From: a virus
Lineage: Duplodnaviria > Caudoviricetes
Reading direction: 5' to 3' (one strand)
IMG/VR virus record: IMGVR_UViG_3300032163_000016
Coordinates: 1 to 58,494 of that record
DNA length: 58,494 nucleotides
In this document: positions 47,497 to 57,153 of the stretch, piece after piece
Numbering within the stretch: the first letter of the stretch is position 1
Layout: every line of letters starts with the position of its first letter
Notes under the pieces: model-generated
What the model was told of the DNA's origin: nothing
Database searches by the model: none
What the model saw: the letters and a program-made list of their open reading frames with translations, nothing else
Position numbers and translations under genes: made by a program

Positions 47497-47976
47497 ATGA
47501 GTACAAACGGCACACCAACGATGGTCGAACTTGAGTGCATTTATTTAGGTGGGAGTTACGCCGCATTTGAGGTCGCACCCGGTAGATCATTGGATTTCAC
47601 CAATGGTCGAGCGCAGATCTCACAAGAGAGACTAGATGCGCTTCAGCAAAAAGATTCCTTCAAACGTCTCTGGGGCCGCGAAATCGGTCTCTTGGGAACC
47701 CTAACGGGCGCCGCCAAAGCGAATCCCGTCAAGGTCATCCGCGCAACGGATAACCTTGAGGCATTGAGACGGGAACTGGCGGTGAACCAGGGAGCGCCCC
47801 CAACCGCGCTTGACGATCATCCATTCTTGGACGAACACCAGAAGCCGAAATTCGAGCTAACGGACGACGACAAGCGGAAGATCGAGGAGCAGTTGAAGGA
47901 GGACGAGGAGGATCTGAAGGCAACGGTAGGCGCTGGGGCTACATTGGGGGACAAGAAATCCAAGGGCAGAAAGTAA
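47497..47976 (+). CDS. Hypothetical virion-module protein
   Basis: AAGGA SD; follows the MCP. Confidence 0.6.
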   Translation: MSTNGTPTMVELECIYLGGSYAAFEVAPGRSLDFTNGRAQISQERLDALQQKDSFKRLWGREIGLLGTLTGAAKANPVKVIRATDNLEALRRELAVNQGAPPTALDDHPFLDEHQKPKFELTDDDKRKIEEQLKEDEEDLKATVGAGATLGDKKSKGRK

Positions 47977-47981
47977 CGAGA

Positions 47982-48018
47982 CCCCGCCCCGGTTATTGAT
48001 TAGTTGGGGCGGGATTTC
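47982..48018 (+). terminator. Hairpin terminator candidate
   Basis: CCCGCCCC / GGGGCGGG stem just after the stop codon. Confidence 0.5.
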
Positions 48019-48050
48019 ATTCACACAAAACGAAAGCGAGGTAAGAAGCA

Positions 48051-48599
48051 ATGAGAACGCGAATTACGAAAGCAATCTTCGCGGCTATCATCCTCATTTT
48101 GGGGATCACGCTCCTGAGTGGACTAGCAACCGGAACGGAGTACACAAAGAGTTATTCCGGGGCGAAGGTGACACTCACCAACAATTACGGCTACGCCTAT
48201 CGTTTCACGCATACGTTTGTGGCGGCTACAGATACAATTATCTGCACACTGCCACAACCGCCCCGATTGCTCGGTCCGGCGGACAGCTTGCTTTATATGC
48301 TGAACGTAGGGGTTAGTAGCGCGAACGGTGACAGCACGGACATCGGGGTACGGTTTCAGGTTTCGAGTGACAATTCCAGTTGGACATCAATCACAATTGG
48401 GACAGACTCAACAACCTGGGCCACAACCGAAACCGGCACATCCTATAAGGTGACATCGGTTTTACTCGGATGGTCGGCCACAAGCGGCACGCTGGGGGTT
48501 GCCAATCAGCCATACCATCGGTTGAAAATCGTTGGCATCACAGGCAACAACATCGGCACGAAGCTGAGGGTGGACCTAGTTCCGATCAAGCAGCAGTGA
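48051..48599 (+). CDS. Signal-peptide-bearing beta-sandwich virion-module protein
   Basis: MRTRITKAIFAAIILILGITLLSGLA; VRFQVSSDNSSWTSI. Confidence 0.7.
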   Translation: MRTRITKAIFAAIILILGITLLSGLATGTEYTKSYSGAKVTLTNNYGYAYRFTHTFVAATDTIICTLPQPPRLLGPADSLLYMLNVGVSSANGDSTDIGVRFQVSSDNSSWTSITIGTDSTTWATTETGTSYKVTSVLLGWSATSGTLGVANQPYHRLKIVGITGNNIGTKLRVDLVPIKQQ

Positions 48600-48621
48600 C
48601 AGCCGCGATGAAGCAGTAAAT

Positions 48622-48790
48622 ATCTCGGCACAGTCCGCCAATGCGTTAGGACTGGTGATGAGAGCGGCAAGTCGGATGATGGGCAACGTAGCCCCCGACC
48701 CAAGAATGTGCCCCCAGAGCTTGCTACCTATGCTCTCATCGTGGGTTCCGCCAAAAGCGGAAGTAAAGCAAGCCGGACTGACCCGAGGTT
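48622..48790 (+). ncRNA. Candidate structured RNA
   Basis: Nested stems CTCGG/CCGAG, CAGTCCG/CGGACTG, GATGAGAGC/GCTCTCATC, GTCGG/CCGAC and TTCCGC/GCGGAA in an ORF-free gap. Confidence 0.5.
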
Positions 48791-48809
48791 TCTTGAGAAA
48801 GGGAATTGA

Positions 48810-49694
48810 ATGACCTCAAGCAATCTGGTCGGGTACATAAAGCGATACCGGATATTGGGAGAGAAGCAAATTTCTATCGAGCCGGATCGCATCTATCTAG
48901 CGGGAACGTGGAGCCAGAACGAAATCTGCTCGGAGTTGAGGCTCCTGCAGCAGTGGGTCAATTTGACTCTGATTCAGGGCCAGGAGAGGTATCAGTTCAC
49001 GCCGATGACGGTTAAGGGTGCGACCAATGCAACTCCGATAGTCCTTGAGATAACGGGTCACGTTTTGAATACTGGGGACTGTCTCGTTGTTGGGGGAGCT
49101 CTCGGCAACACAGGTGCAAACGGCAGATGGCCCACTATAACGAAGGTGGATGCCAACCACGTTTCACTCGATGGCTCGGTTGGCAATGGAACCTATACCG
49201 CAAATAGTGGCACAGCATATCACGGCCTCAACGCAGCCCTTGATGTCAAATTCCTTCGCAAGAAAGAATCGCCTTACGGTCGTATCAAGCGGAAACTCAT
49301 CGAAACGGTAGAAGACGAGCGGTGCGAATTCGCCGCCGAAGAGTCGCCAACGACCGAAGTCAATCATCTCTACATCACCTACGACGAACCCCTAATCATC
49401 GGGGTAAGAGGTATCCCGAACACAACGATAAAGACGGAAGCACTCATTATCAGGAAACCACTTCCTAGCGAGGATCTGAGTGAAACCGTCAATCCTATTT
49501 TGCCAAGCCAATACGACCAGTTGCTATACAGAGGAACACTGTATCACGTTCTGGAACTTCTTGATCTGCCGGAGGCAGAAGAAGCACTTGCGATGGCACT
49601 CACGAGATACGAGCAAGAGAAAGCGCGCACCCAGAGCATCATCTCAAGAAGCAGGATCGTGAGGGACGACACATCAACATCATTACAGCTCTGA
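48810..49694 (+). CDS. Head-tail adaptor-like protein with inserted beta-barrel domain
   Basis: Helical N- and C-termini (PILPSQYDQLLYRG) flank an ATNATPIV...GH.LNTGD insert. Confidence 0.6.
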   Translation: MTSSNLVGYIKRYRILGEKQISIEPDRIYLAGTWSQNEICSELRLLQQWVNLTLIQGQERYQFTPMTVKGATNATPIVLEITGHVLNTGDCLVVGGALGNTGANGRWPTITKVDANHVSLDGSVGNGTYTANSGTAYHGLNAALDVKFLRKKESPYGRIKRKLIETVEDERCEFAAEESPTTEVNHLYITYDEPLIIGVRGIPNTTIKTEALIIRKPLPSEDLSETVNPILPSQYDQLLYRGTLYHVLELLDLPEAEEALAMALTRYEQEKARTQSIISRSRIVRDDTSTSLQL

Positions 49695-49708
49695 AGGAGA
49701 CACACAAC

Positions 49709-50584
49709 ATGAAAAAGATTCTATTGGTAGTAATTGCGCTTGCTTTCATCTGCGGCATTGTAGCGGGGCAGGAGCACCTAAACCAAGTCCTCTTCAGGGC
49801 GCAGCGGCAGGCAACCTCCGCTTGGGATACGATAAGTGTCTGGACGGGGTCAGTCCCGATGGCAGTAAAGGTGAGTTTCCTCAACACGGGTCCGGACACG
49901 CTCATCATCACGAAGAAGTTGGACACTCTGGCGGCTAACACGGTAAAACTCCGCCCAGGGATGAGTTACGCTGACGATAACTGGCCCCTTGGGTATCTAA
50001 GGGTGAAGGCAAGCGGCCCAACGAATATCGCCTATTACTGGATGGCGATTGGCGGTGGAGAGGTAGGAATAAGCATTGATCGATGGGTGCCGTACCTAAC
50101 GATTGACTCACTGACAAGACCTACAGACGCGACGGCCTATGCGACAAATGACGTAGTGGCTAATAGCACAACCGCAGGGTCAGTCGCTTTCTTGAACTTC
50201 AAAAACGCGGTGCGAACTCCCGGCGGCAGAGGATGGATACAGAGTTTGAGAGTCTGTGCCGATACTGCAAATGTAGCGAACGCGAACTTCATTCTATTTC
50301 TGTATAAGGACACGACATACATCACGAAGATCGCCGACAACGCGCAAATGGCGTTTTTGCCGGCGGCGGTTCTGTATAGAATCATACCCATAACATTCTC
50401 GCTACAGAACACGGGATGCGGCACTGGAACGACGGCGGTTTTTTCCTATCAGACGTATTTGGGAATTCCCTATCAAGCCGCGAGCGAAAAGACAAGCATC
50501 TTTGGGCGGCTGGTTGTGCTTGGGGCTTACCAACCGAAGAATGGTGGCAAGTTCTGGGTTGAACTCGGCATGTTGCAGGAATAA
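49709..50584 (+). CDS. Signal-peptide-bearing virion-module protein
   Basis: MKKILLVVIALAFICGIVAG|Q; LTRPTDATAYATNDVV motif. Confidence 0.7.
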   Translation: MKKILLVVIALAFICGIVAGQEHLNQVLFRAQRQATSAWDTISVWTGSVPMAVKVSFLNTGPDTLIITKKLDTLAANTVKLRPGMSYADDNWPLGYLRVKASGPTNIAYYWMAIGGGEVGISIDRWVPYLTIDSLTRPTDATAYATNDVVANSTTAGSVAFLNFKNAVRTPGGRGWIQSLRVCADTANVANANFILFLYKDTTYITKIADNAQMAFLPAAVLYRIIPITFSLQNTGCGTGTTAVFSYQTYLGIPYQAASEKTSIFGRLVVLGAYQPKNGGKFWVELGMLQE

Positions 50585-50590
50585 AGAGCG

Positions 50591-51799
50591 ATGAAACGAT
50601 TCCTAGAGTTGCTTCTTCTGGGCGCACTTGGAGTTTTGCTACTATCCAATGTGAATGCTCAATCGCAGGGCGCGGCTAGTTTCTTTGAGCATGTAGTGAA
50701 TATCCCAATGCCGCAGTATTGCACTGTGGTGAATGGCGTAGATCAGTACTGGTATACAACCAATCCCTCCAATCTGGATTTGAACGGCCCCGAACGGCTT
50801 GCCAACACTGGATTCGAGACGGATACGAGCAACTGGACGGCGGCGAATGGGACGTATGCGACTTCAACCGCACAGAAGGAAAGCGGAAGTAAATCCTGTC
50901 TCTTGATTGCGACAGCGGCAGCGGCAAGCATTACGTCCGAAACCATCACCAATGCTACGACTAACAAAGGCACGGGTGAGGTGTGGGTCTACTGTGGAAG
51001 TGCTGCCTCTACGAAATCCATCAAACTTGTATTGCTGAAATCCGATCTCACGCCGATTGATTCAACCGTCACAACCGTAACCGCCGTAACCTGGACAAAA
51101 CTGGTCAAGAACAAACAATGGGATGGAACACAGACTGGACTCAAGGTAAGGATTGGTTTCAACGGCGGCGCATCAGGCGACTCGCTCTACATTGACGACG
51201 TCTCATTGACTCAGGCGTGGGATGTGATGATAGTGGGGTCGGTGAACACCACGAGTGCGGTGTTTTTATCAACCGTCTGTCAGTTGGGGGTCGGTTTTTC
51301 GGGATATGGATACCGACTTACGAACGGGGGGCTTGTCACTGTCCTGTTCTTTGACTCGGTGGTAGCTCAAACGTCCAACTCCGCCTCTGCAATCAACAAT
51401 GGGAGAGACCGCTTCGTCGTTATCACCTACAACCGCACCGGTTCCCAGTTGATTTACCTTGATGGGGTTGTGAGCGGAGCCGGGGGTTCCATAGCGGCAA
51501 TCGGAAAGATTTCCCGGGAAACAGCGTTTGCACTTGGCGCAAGGGGCGCACCAGACAGATATTTCGCGGGTAAAATCGGAGAACATATCTTTGTGCGCTA
51601 CTCCGCTCTCCCCTCCGACATTGCCACAACAATCGCGCGGATAAATGCGACGTGGAAGCGGCAGGGATTTCCCAGAGCCTATTCAGGCGGTACAATTGTG
51701 CTCGATGTTGATTGGAAAGCACAAGGCATAGACAAATCGACAAGCGGCAATTCACTAACCCCCGCAGGCGGAGCGATAACAACAAAGATCAACTTCTAA
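50591..51799 (+). CDS. Signal-peptide-bearing CBM-like plus LamG/ConA-like adhesin
   Basis: MKRFLELLLLGALGVLLLSNVNA|Q; NTGFETDTSNW...LYIDDVSL; VVITYNR...IYLDG...FAGKIGE. Confidence 0.75.
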   Translation: MKRFLELLLLGALGVLLLSNVNAQSQGAASFFEHVVNIPMPQYCTVVNGVDQYWYTTNPSNLDLNGPERLANTGFETDTSNWTAANGTYATSTAQKESGSKSCLLIATAAAASITSETITNATTNKGTGEVWVYCGSAASTKSIKLVLLKSDLTPIDSTVTTVTAVTWTKLVKNKQWDGTQTGLKVRIGFNGGASGDSLYIDDVSLTQAWDVMIVGSVNTTSAVFLSTVCQLGVGFSGYGYRLTNGGLVTVLFFDSVVAQTSNSASAINNGRDRFVVITYNRTGSQLIYLDGVVSGAGGSIAAIGKISRETAFALGARGAPDRYFAGKIGEHIFVRYSALPSDIATTIARINATWKRQGFPRAYSGGTIVLDVDWKAQGIDKSTSGNSLTPAGGAITTKINF

Positions 51800-51811
51800 G
51801 GAGATAAAACA

Positions 51812-52075
51812 ATGTGGCGAGGAAACTTAACACAGATTGGTTCTCAACCCATCAACGTGCTGGGCACGATTTACAACCAGATTCAGGCCGAAGTGAAAAA
51901 GATCGATCTGACCAGCGGCGATGTGACGGTTGAGTTCACCCTATTCAGGACGGCTGAGGAACAAAACCCTGGGGATAAGAGAACGATAGTGTTTGGCAGT
52001 GCACAGTACAACAGGTTCGGTTTCAGCAACAACGCGCTCCTTGCGGCGGCACGACCGCTCTTGAATCTCCCGTAA
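51812..52075 (+). CDS. Hypothetical protein
   Basis: AAGGAG SD; 87 aa. Confidence 0.65.
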   Translation: MWRGNLTQIGSQPINVLGTIYNQIQAEVKKIDLTSGDVTVEFTLFRTAEEQNPGDKRTIVFGSAQYNRFGFSNNALLAAARPLLNLP

Positions 52076-52141
52076 GTCAATGTCTCGCTGGGACATTAAG
52101 GACGTAACATATTTCATTATAAAAAAATAAAAGGGAACAGC

Positions 52142-52489
52142 ATGAAACGACTCACAGCAGTCATTCTAATGTTTTTTGTTCTTGCCGCGCTTCTATCGGC
52201 TCAAGAGAAAACAACGAAGGCAGTACAAGATCAATCGGTTAAGCCCATCCCAGCGGCCAGGGTTGCCGAGTCCACGAGGTCTTCCAAAGAGAACGCGGAA
52301 TCGGAGGCCTATCTGAAACTGAGCGTGAACGAGCTCAACTCAGAACTAGCGGCCATCGAAGCACAGCAGGCCCAGTATCGCGATATCCTGAATGCCCTTG
52401 AAGGTCAGAAGATGCTGATAAAAAGGTGGCTCGCAGACTCAACCAAGCTAGTCGAGAACCAAACAAAAAAAGCGAGCAAGGAGAAGTGA
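52142..52489 (+). CDS. Signal-peptide-bearing coiled-coil protein
   Basis: MKRLTAVILMFFVLAALLSA|Q followed by a coiled coil. Confidence 0.7.
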   Translation: MKRLTAVILMFFVLAALLSAQEKTTKAVQDQSVKPIPAARVAESTRSSKENAESEAYLKLSVNELNSELAAIEAQQAQYRDILNALEGQKMLIKRWLADSTKLVENQTKKASKEK

Positions 52490-52490
52490 C

Positions 52491-53348
52491 TTGGCAACGA
52501 CAAGATTCAATTCGCTGATTCTCGAAAGTGCCCGCAGGTTGAAGGACGAGCGGACCGATCCCTCGAGCGGGGGTGATACGGGAAGGAAGTATAACAGCGC
52601 GCTCCTGACACAGTATGCCAACCGTGCCATAAGGGATTTCTTGGTTGAGACCTACAAGCAAATTGGGGAGGATCTCTTCGTGGGTTTGTTTCCCGAGCTG
52701 GTGCGCGAATCGGGTGCGCTTAGTCTAACGAGCGGGGTAGTCGCAAAACCGACCGATGCCTGGTTTGTGTTCGATCTGATTAAGTCGGACGACACAGTCC
52801 GATTCGAGAAGATTCCCCAGGAGAAAATCTTCAGTATCCGGGCTGGGAAGGCTGGGCTGTACAATGCAAGCGCGACGCACCCGAAGTTCTTTGAAGAGGA
52901 AGGCAACATCAAAACCCTCGGTGTGACGACGGGAGATGTGAAGGCCCGATATATTAAAACTCATCAGGACATAGCGGTCAACATCAACACGACCCCTGGC
53001 GGGAATTACCTCTCAAGCGGAACACCGACGTACACGGCTGCAACAAAGACATTGGCTGGCGGGACGATGGCCGCCGTTTACGCGGCGACGGACGAAGGTA
53101 AGTTCATCACATTCAAGAGTTCCGACAATGATATCTGGATTGCCAAAATCAAGACATTTGTTAGCACGACATGGGTAATTCTTGAGGGCGATGGGCTCCC
53201 CGCCGCAGATAAAAGTGTAACTCAAGTCCACATCCCACCATTCACAAACGGCACAGACGATTTGATTCTAAACCAAAACTGGTACGGAGAAATCATCGCG
53301 CGAATGGTGGCTATGGGACTTCAAGATGCCAGCAATCAAAGCCTATAA
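52491..53348 (+). CDS. Tail ring/adaptor-like protein
   Basis: LLTQYANRAIRDF N-terminus and a helical C-terminus; position in the tail module. Confidence 0.55.
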   Translation: MATTRFNSLILESARRLKDERTDPSSGGDTGRKYNSALLTQYANRAIRDFLVETYKQIGEDLFVGLFPELVRESGALSLTSGVVAKPTDAWFVFDLIKSDDTVRFEKIPQEKIFSIRAGKAGLYNASATHPKFFEEEGNIKTLGVTTGDVKARYIKTHQDIAVNINTTPGGNYLSSGTPTYTAATKTLAGGTMAAVYAATDEGKFITFKSSDNDIWIAKIKTFVSTTWVILEGDGLPAADKSVTQVHIPPFTNGTDDLILNQNWYGEIIARMVAMGLQDASNQSL

Positions 53349-53360
53349 GGAGATAGAAAG

Positions 53361-54305
53361 GTGAAAAACTTCTCGACATACAGTGAGATTGACAGCAAGT
53401 GCAGGAAACTGGCTGGTGTGAGCGAGAACGACATCATCACCCCAGTTCGTCAAGCGATCATCAATGATCTAATCTATAAGATTTACGGCCTGTTGGATGG
53501 GGCTAATCATCCGTGGTGGAACCGATTTATCAGCCTGACAGTCCCGGGCGACCTAGAAAGACTCGCTGACACAACCGTCAACGGTGGGATATTGACCGCT
53601 CTAAGTGCATCAGCGCATACTGTAACGCGCAGCACAGGGACTTTTGCAGTTGGGACGATCCTGGATATTATTCTGGTCTTGAGATCAACAGGCGCAGGGG
53701 TCGCACAGTACAAGGCACGCGTTACGGTGGGTGGTACAGGTGTCGGAACCTATGAAGTCATTGGCTCCGTCACAGGTACGGAAACGACGTACGCGTCAGC
53801 TACACACTGCCTATACGTGAACTGCATGAAGAAACTCTCCGCGACAAGTGCGGACCTAAGTACCCAGTATGTGAAGGACATCGTCAAAGTATTCGATGAC
53901 CAGGAGACGGGAAGCAAGGAGCGGGTATTCGACCGGATCAAGGACCCTAGGATCTTCGGCAATGTCCACAAAGATCCCTTCCACACAAAGAGAGTTGCAT
54001 GGCATCACAGCGGGGACACCATTTATTTCGATGTTGGGGCAACCGCTACGGCGATGGGCATAACGCAAGCCGAGGTTGTGGCCTGCCCGACATTGTACAC
54101 CGATGCAACAGAGAACAACAGGCTTGACATCCCGCCAGCAGAGAATCAGATGTTGACAGACGAAGTTGTGGCTGAGTATCTGAAGCAAAGCGAGAAGGCG
54201 ATTCCGAACGACTTGGGTGCTCGGCTCGCGTTGTATCAGAAGCGGTATGAATCAAGCGTAGCGGACAGACTGAAAGCACTTGAGATCAAAGGCAAGACGG
54301 AGTGA
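53361..54305 (+). CDS. Tail ring/adaptor-like protein
   Basis: Similar layout (helical ends, beta insert, LDIPP); AAGGAG SD. Confidence 0.55.
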   Translation: MKNFSTYSEIDSKCRKLAGVSENDIITPVRQAIINDLIYKIYGLLDGANHPWWNRFISLTVPGDLERLADTTVNGGILTALSASAHTVTRSTGTFAVGTILDIILVLRSTGAGVAQYKARVTVGGTGVGTYEVIGSVTGTETTYASATHCLYVNCMKKLSATSADLSTQYVKDIVKVFDDQETGSKERVFDRIKDPRIFGNVHKDPFHTKRVAWHHSGDTIYFDVGATATAMGITQAEVVACPTLYTDATENNRLDIPPAENQMLTDEVVAEYLKQSEKAIPNDLGARLALYQKRYESSVADRLKALEIKGKTE

Positions 54306-56707
54306 GTGTCAAGTCTCTGATACTGGATACATTCCGGGGCCACGCCCCAGATTTGGCGAACCCGCCCCCGAACTCCGCAAGGGCAGGAAAAAACTACGTT
54401 CTCACCCGTCACCGCGATGTAACGAAGGGAATGTTGGGCTGGATTGAACTCGCGCCCGGGTACGCGAAGAAGTTCGATGCTCTGCCAGCGAATGATGCGA
54501 CCATTCGCAAGATCAGTGCTATCGCGCATGAGAACATCTACGACCTCTACATCCCAAACGGTAGTCTGACAGTCACGGTTGTCGTCGCCACTTACACGAA
54601 GACCGGATTTTTCCCAGGCAACCCGACAGTGAACCGTTGTGGGGTATGGATTCGTCCGTACTATAATGGTAGTTCTTGGGTAGACGAATGGCGCGAACTC
54701 ACGGAGATGTTCATTTTTGAAATCGTGTCAATCGGAACTGGCGGAGACTCGTTCAAATGTTACATTGACGACGGCGCAAAGTACAACTTTCCATCGATTG
54801 ATCCTACTGGAATCGTCTTCAATACCAATTACTTCAAGAACTGGACGATTGTCTACCAGGTATTCAGCGATGGAAACAACTATTCCTTGGTGACGAGCTC
54901 AGGGTATGACGGCTCGAGCTATTACCTGAGTGTAAACCATTTCCCCTCACAGCTCGGATGGAGCGAGGGAGGCAAGTTCATCGTTTACCGAGGATTCATT
55001 CCACAAGAACTTCCATCTACTATCTCAAGCCACATCTACGGTCTTTTGTCTGAAGCGAGAATCACCACAGGCAACAACGATGGGGATGTTTGTCTCCAGA
55101 TAGGCTACCGCAACACGAGTTTTGTCCAAGGTGGAGCTGCTCCGTACACGCGCACGGTAAATGAGGTCATTGCAGGTCCGGGCACGCTGAATATCTGGCA
55201 GTATGCTGGTATGGTTGGCATTGATCCAACGCCCGTGCCCGATGCTGGCGGATTGGCGGCCATGACTTGGCACTTCAAATATAGTTTGGTCATGGATGAC
55301 GGTTCCGAGACAAGGCTTTTCGTCGCCGTCACCGAAGCGGGCGGATCTCCGCCAGACTGGACTGCGGGTGGTGGAATTACGCTCACTGAACTCTCAAAGA
55401 TCAAACTCTTCATCTACCGAAGCCACGGCGCAATGCCAGTAAGGGCGCGCTATCTTCGCTTGTATATGTGCAGTGAGAAGGAATGGCCCGTTTATTACTG
55501 GGCAACTGACTATGATCTGCGGGATGCAAGCATTTGGAACTATTTTGCGATAAGGGGTGCCGCAATCTTTGGAGGCATGCACTTTTACGCGCGCACGGAC
55601 AGTGGCGTTTATATTACCGGAAGCGATTGGACGAACGTACGCTCACGAGCGGAGACCCAGATTGGGAGAGCGGTTACTGATACCGGAGTAATCCAGTTCA
55701 AGCACGCAACGGTTGTTGGGCGGAGAGCGTACGCGGTTGGGGTAAAGGCCGGTGGAACTCTATTCCCAAATCACGTCTTCGCAACAACGCAAAGCGGCGA
55801 CGGTGCGCCACAGCGCGATGTGTTTCCGCAACTTTCGACTCTAAACATTGACCTTGAGTACGGCGATAGCGATGAATGCCGCGCAGTCTGGCCGTACGGT
55901 GATCGGCTGTTCGTAGGCAAACGGTCTTCCATCCACATTGTGTCCTATGACAGCATGAGCGGAGCCTTCCTCGCGGACGCCGTGACAAAAGCCGACGGCA
56001 TCTGTAGCGTGAAGACATTAGCCGATTTCGAGGATGTCATCTACTGGGCGGGATACAACGGCATTTATCGTTATTCAACGAGGGGATGGCAGTTGCTCAA
56101 TCTTGATTGGCTCTTGGAGTGGAAGGCGGTCACAACGGCCAACAAGGAAGCGGCTATTGGGGTCTTCGACAAAGCCAACAGGCAGTATCGTATTGCGTTC
56201 ACGCATTCCACACTCGGAACGATTGAACGGGTATTCGATGTAGATAGCAGCGAATGGTTCGCCGCCGATTTGACGAATCAACCGTCTCGATTTGCCTTAG
56301 ACACAAGGGAGATGAAGGTTGATTTCCTTTCCGGGAGTCTGATTCAGACATTTGGGACCGGGACCCGCCATGACGGGACCAACTTCAGTGTCGAGTACGA
56401 ATTCAACGATATGGTCATCACGAAGCAAAAGGGTGTGGATATTCTGTTTCACGGTGTGATGATCGAGTATGTGTCAAGTGTAGCATTGACGGTGCAACTC
56501 TACAAGGACGGGGCAACACTTGGAAGCGCGGCGACATTGGCGGCAAGTTCGACAAGAGGCTTCGTGAAAGCGCCATTGTCGGCGCGGGGCACCCAGTTCT
56601 ATTTGAAGATCACAGCCACGACGACCGCAGATAGTCAGAGTGTAGCTATCAAAACAGTCCAGGCGATCTATGAGGAAATCCCTGGTGGCGTAAGTGTGGA
56701 GGTTTAG
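54302..56707 (+). CDS. Tail nozzle/tubular protein (beta-propeller, P22 gp10/T7 gp12-like role)
   Basis: 801 aa, beta-rich; GDRLFVGKRSSI, GICSVKTL and IYWAGYNGIYRY propeller-type motifs. Confidence 0.7.
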   Translation: MSVKSLILDTFRGHAPDLANPPPNSARAGKNYVLTRHRDVTKGMLGWIELAPGYAKKFDALPANDATIRKISAIAHENIYDLYIPNGSLTVTVVVATYTKTGFFPGNPTVNRCGVWIRPYYNGSSWVDEWRELTEMFIFEIVSIGTGGDSFKCYIDDGAKYNFPSIDPTGIVFNTNYFKNWTIVYQVFSDGNNYSLVTSSGYDGSSYYLSVNHFPSQLGWSEGGKFIVYRGFIPQELPSTISSHIYGLLSEARITTGNNDGDVCLQIGYRNTSFVQGGAAPYTRTVNEVIAGPGTLNIWQYAGMVGIDPTPVPDAGGLAAMTWHFKYSLVMDDGSETRLFVAVTEAGGSPPDWTAGGGITLTELSKIKLFIYRSHGAMPVRARYLRLYMCSEKEWPVYYWATDYDLRDASIWNYFAIRGAAIFGGMHFYARTDSGVYITGSDWTNVRSRAETQIGRAVTDTGVIQFKHATVVGRRAYAVGVKAGGTLFPNHVFATTQSGDGAPQRDVFPQLSTLNIDLEYGDSDECRAVWPYGDRLFVGKRSSIHIVSYDSMSGAFLADAVTKADGICSVKTLADFEDVIYWAGYNGIYRYSTRGWQLLNLDWLLEWKAVTTANKEAAIGVFDKANRQYRIAFTHSTLGTIERVFDVDSSEWFAADLTNQPSRFALDTREMKVDFLSGSLIQTFGTGTRHDGTNFSVEYEFNDMVITKQKGVDILFHGVMIEYVSSVALTVQLYKDGATLGSAATLAASSTRGFVKAPLSARGTQFYLKITATTTADSQSVAIKTVQAIYEEIPGGVSVEV

Positions 56708-56709
56708 CG

Positions 56710-57153
56710 GTGGGATCGGAAAGGCATATCAACTTTGAGCTGGAACTTAGGGGCATTCGCACCCCAGATGACTTGGTTAAGTCATTCCCGAAGATCCTCG
56801 AGTTGATAGGCAAGGAGATCAACTTCATTGAGGATAGATTGCCGCAGTCGCGGGAATCCGCTACCGGACCGTTGCTGGCGATTGCGGGGATCGTAGGGGG
56901 TGCGGGAATGGGTACTACGGCGGTAGCCATTGCCGTCCGCGCCGACTGGGTGAACGTGAGTGCAGGTGTTTTAACAACCATCACGTATCGGCGCGCCCTA
57001 ACGAATGACGACCATTATCTCAAGATGGATTTGTACAACAATGCTGGTGACTGGATCACGTCGGTATTGCCGACGGCGCAAACGAAGAGCGGATTCAAAG
57101 TCCAACCACCCGAAAGCGGAAAGGTGAAATACATTGCGGCGGAGTTTCAGTAA
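56710..57153 (+). CDS. Tail-associated protein
   Basis: GGAGG SD; follows the nozzle gene. Confidence 0.6.
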   Translation: MGSERHINFELELRGIRTPDDLVKSFPKILELIGKEINFIEDRLPQSRESATGPLLAIAGIVGGAGMGTTAVAIAVRADWVNVSAGVLTTITYRRALTNDDHYLKMDLYNNAGDWITSVLPTAQTKSGFKVQPPESGKVKYIAAEFQ

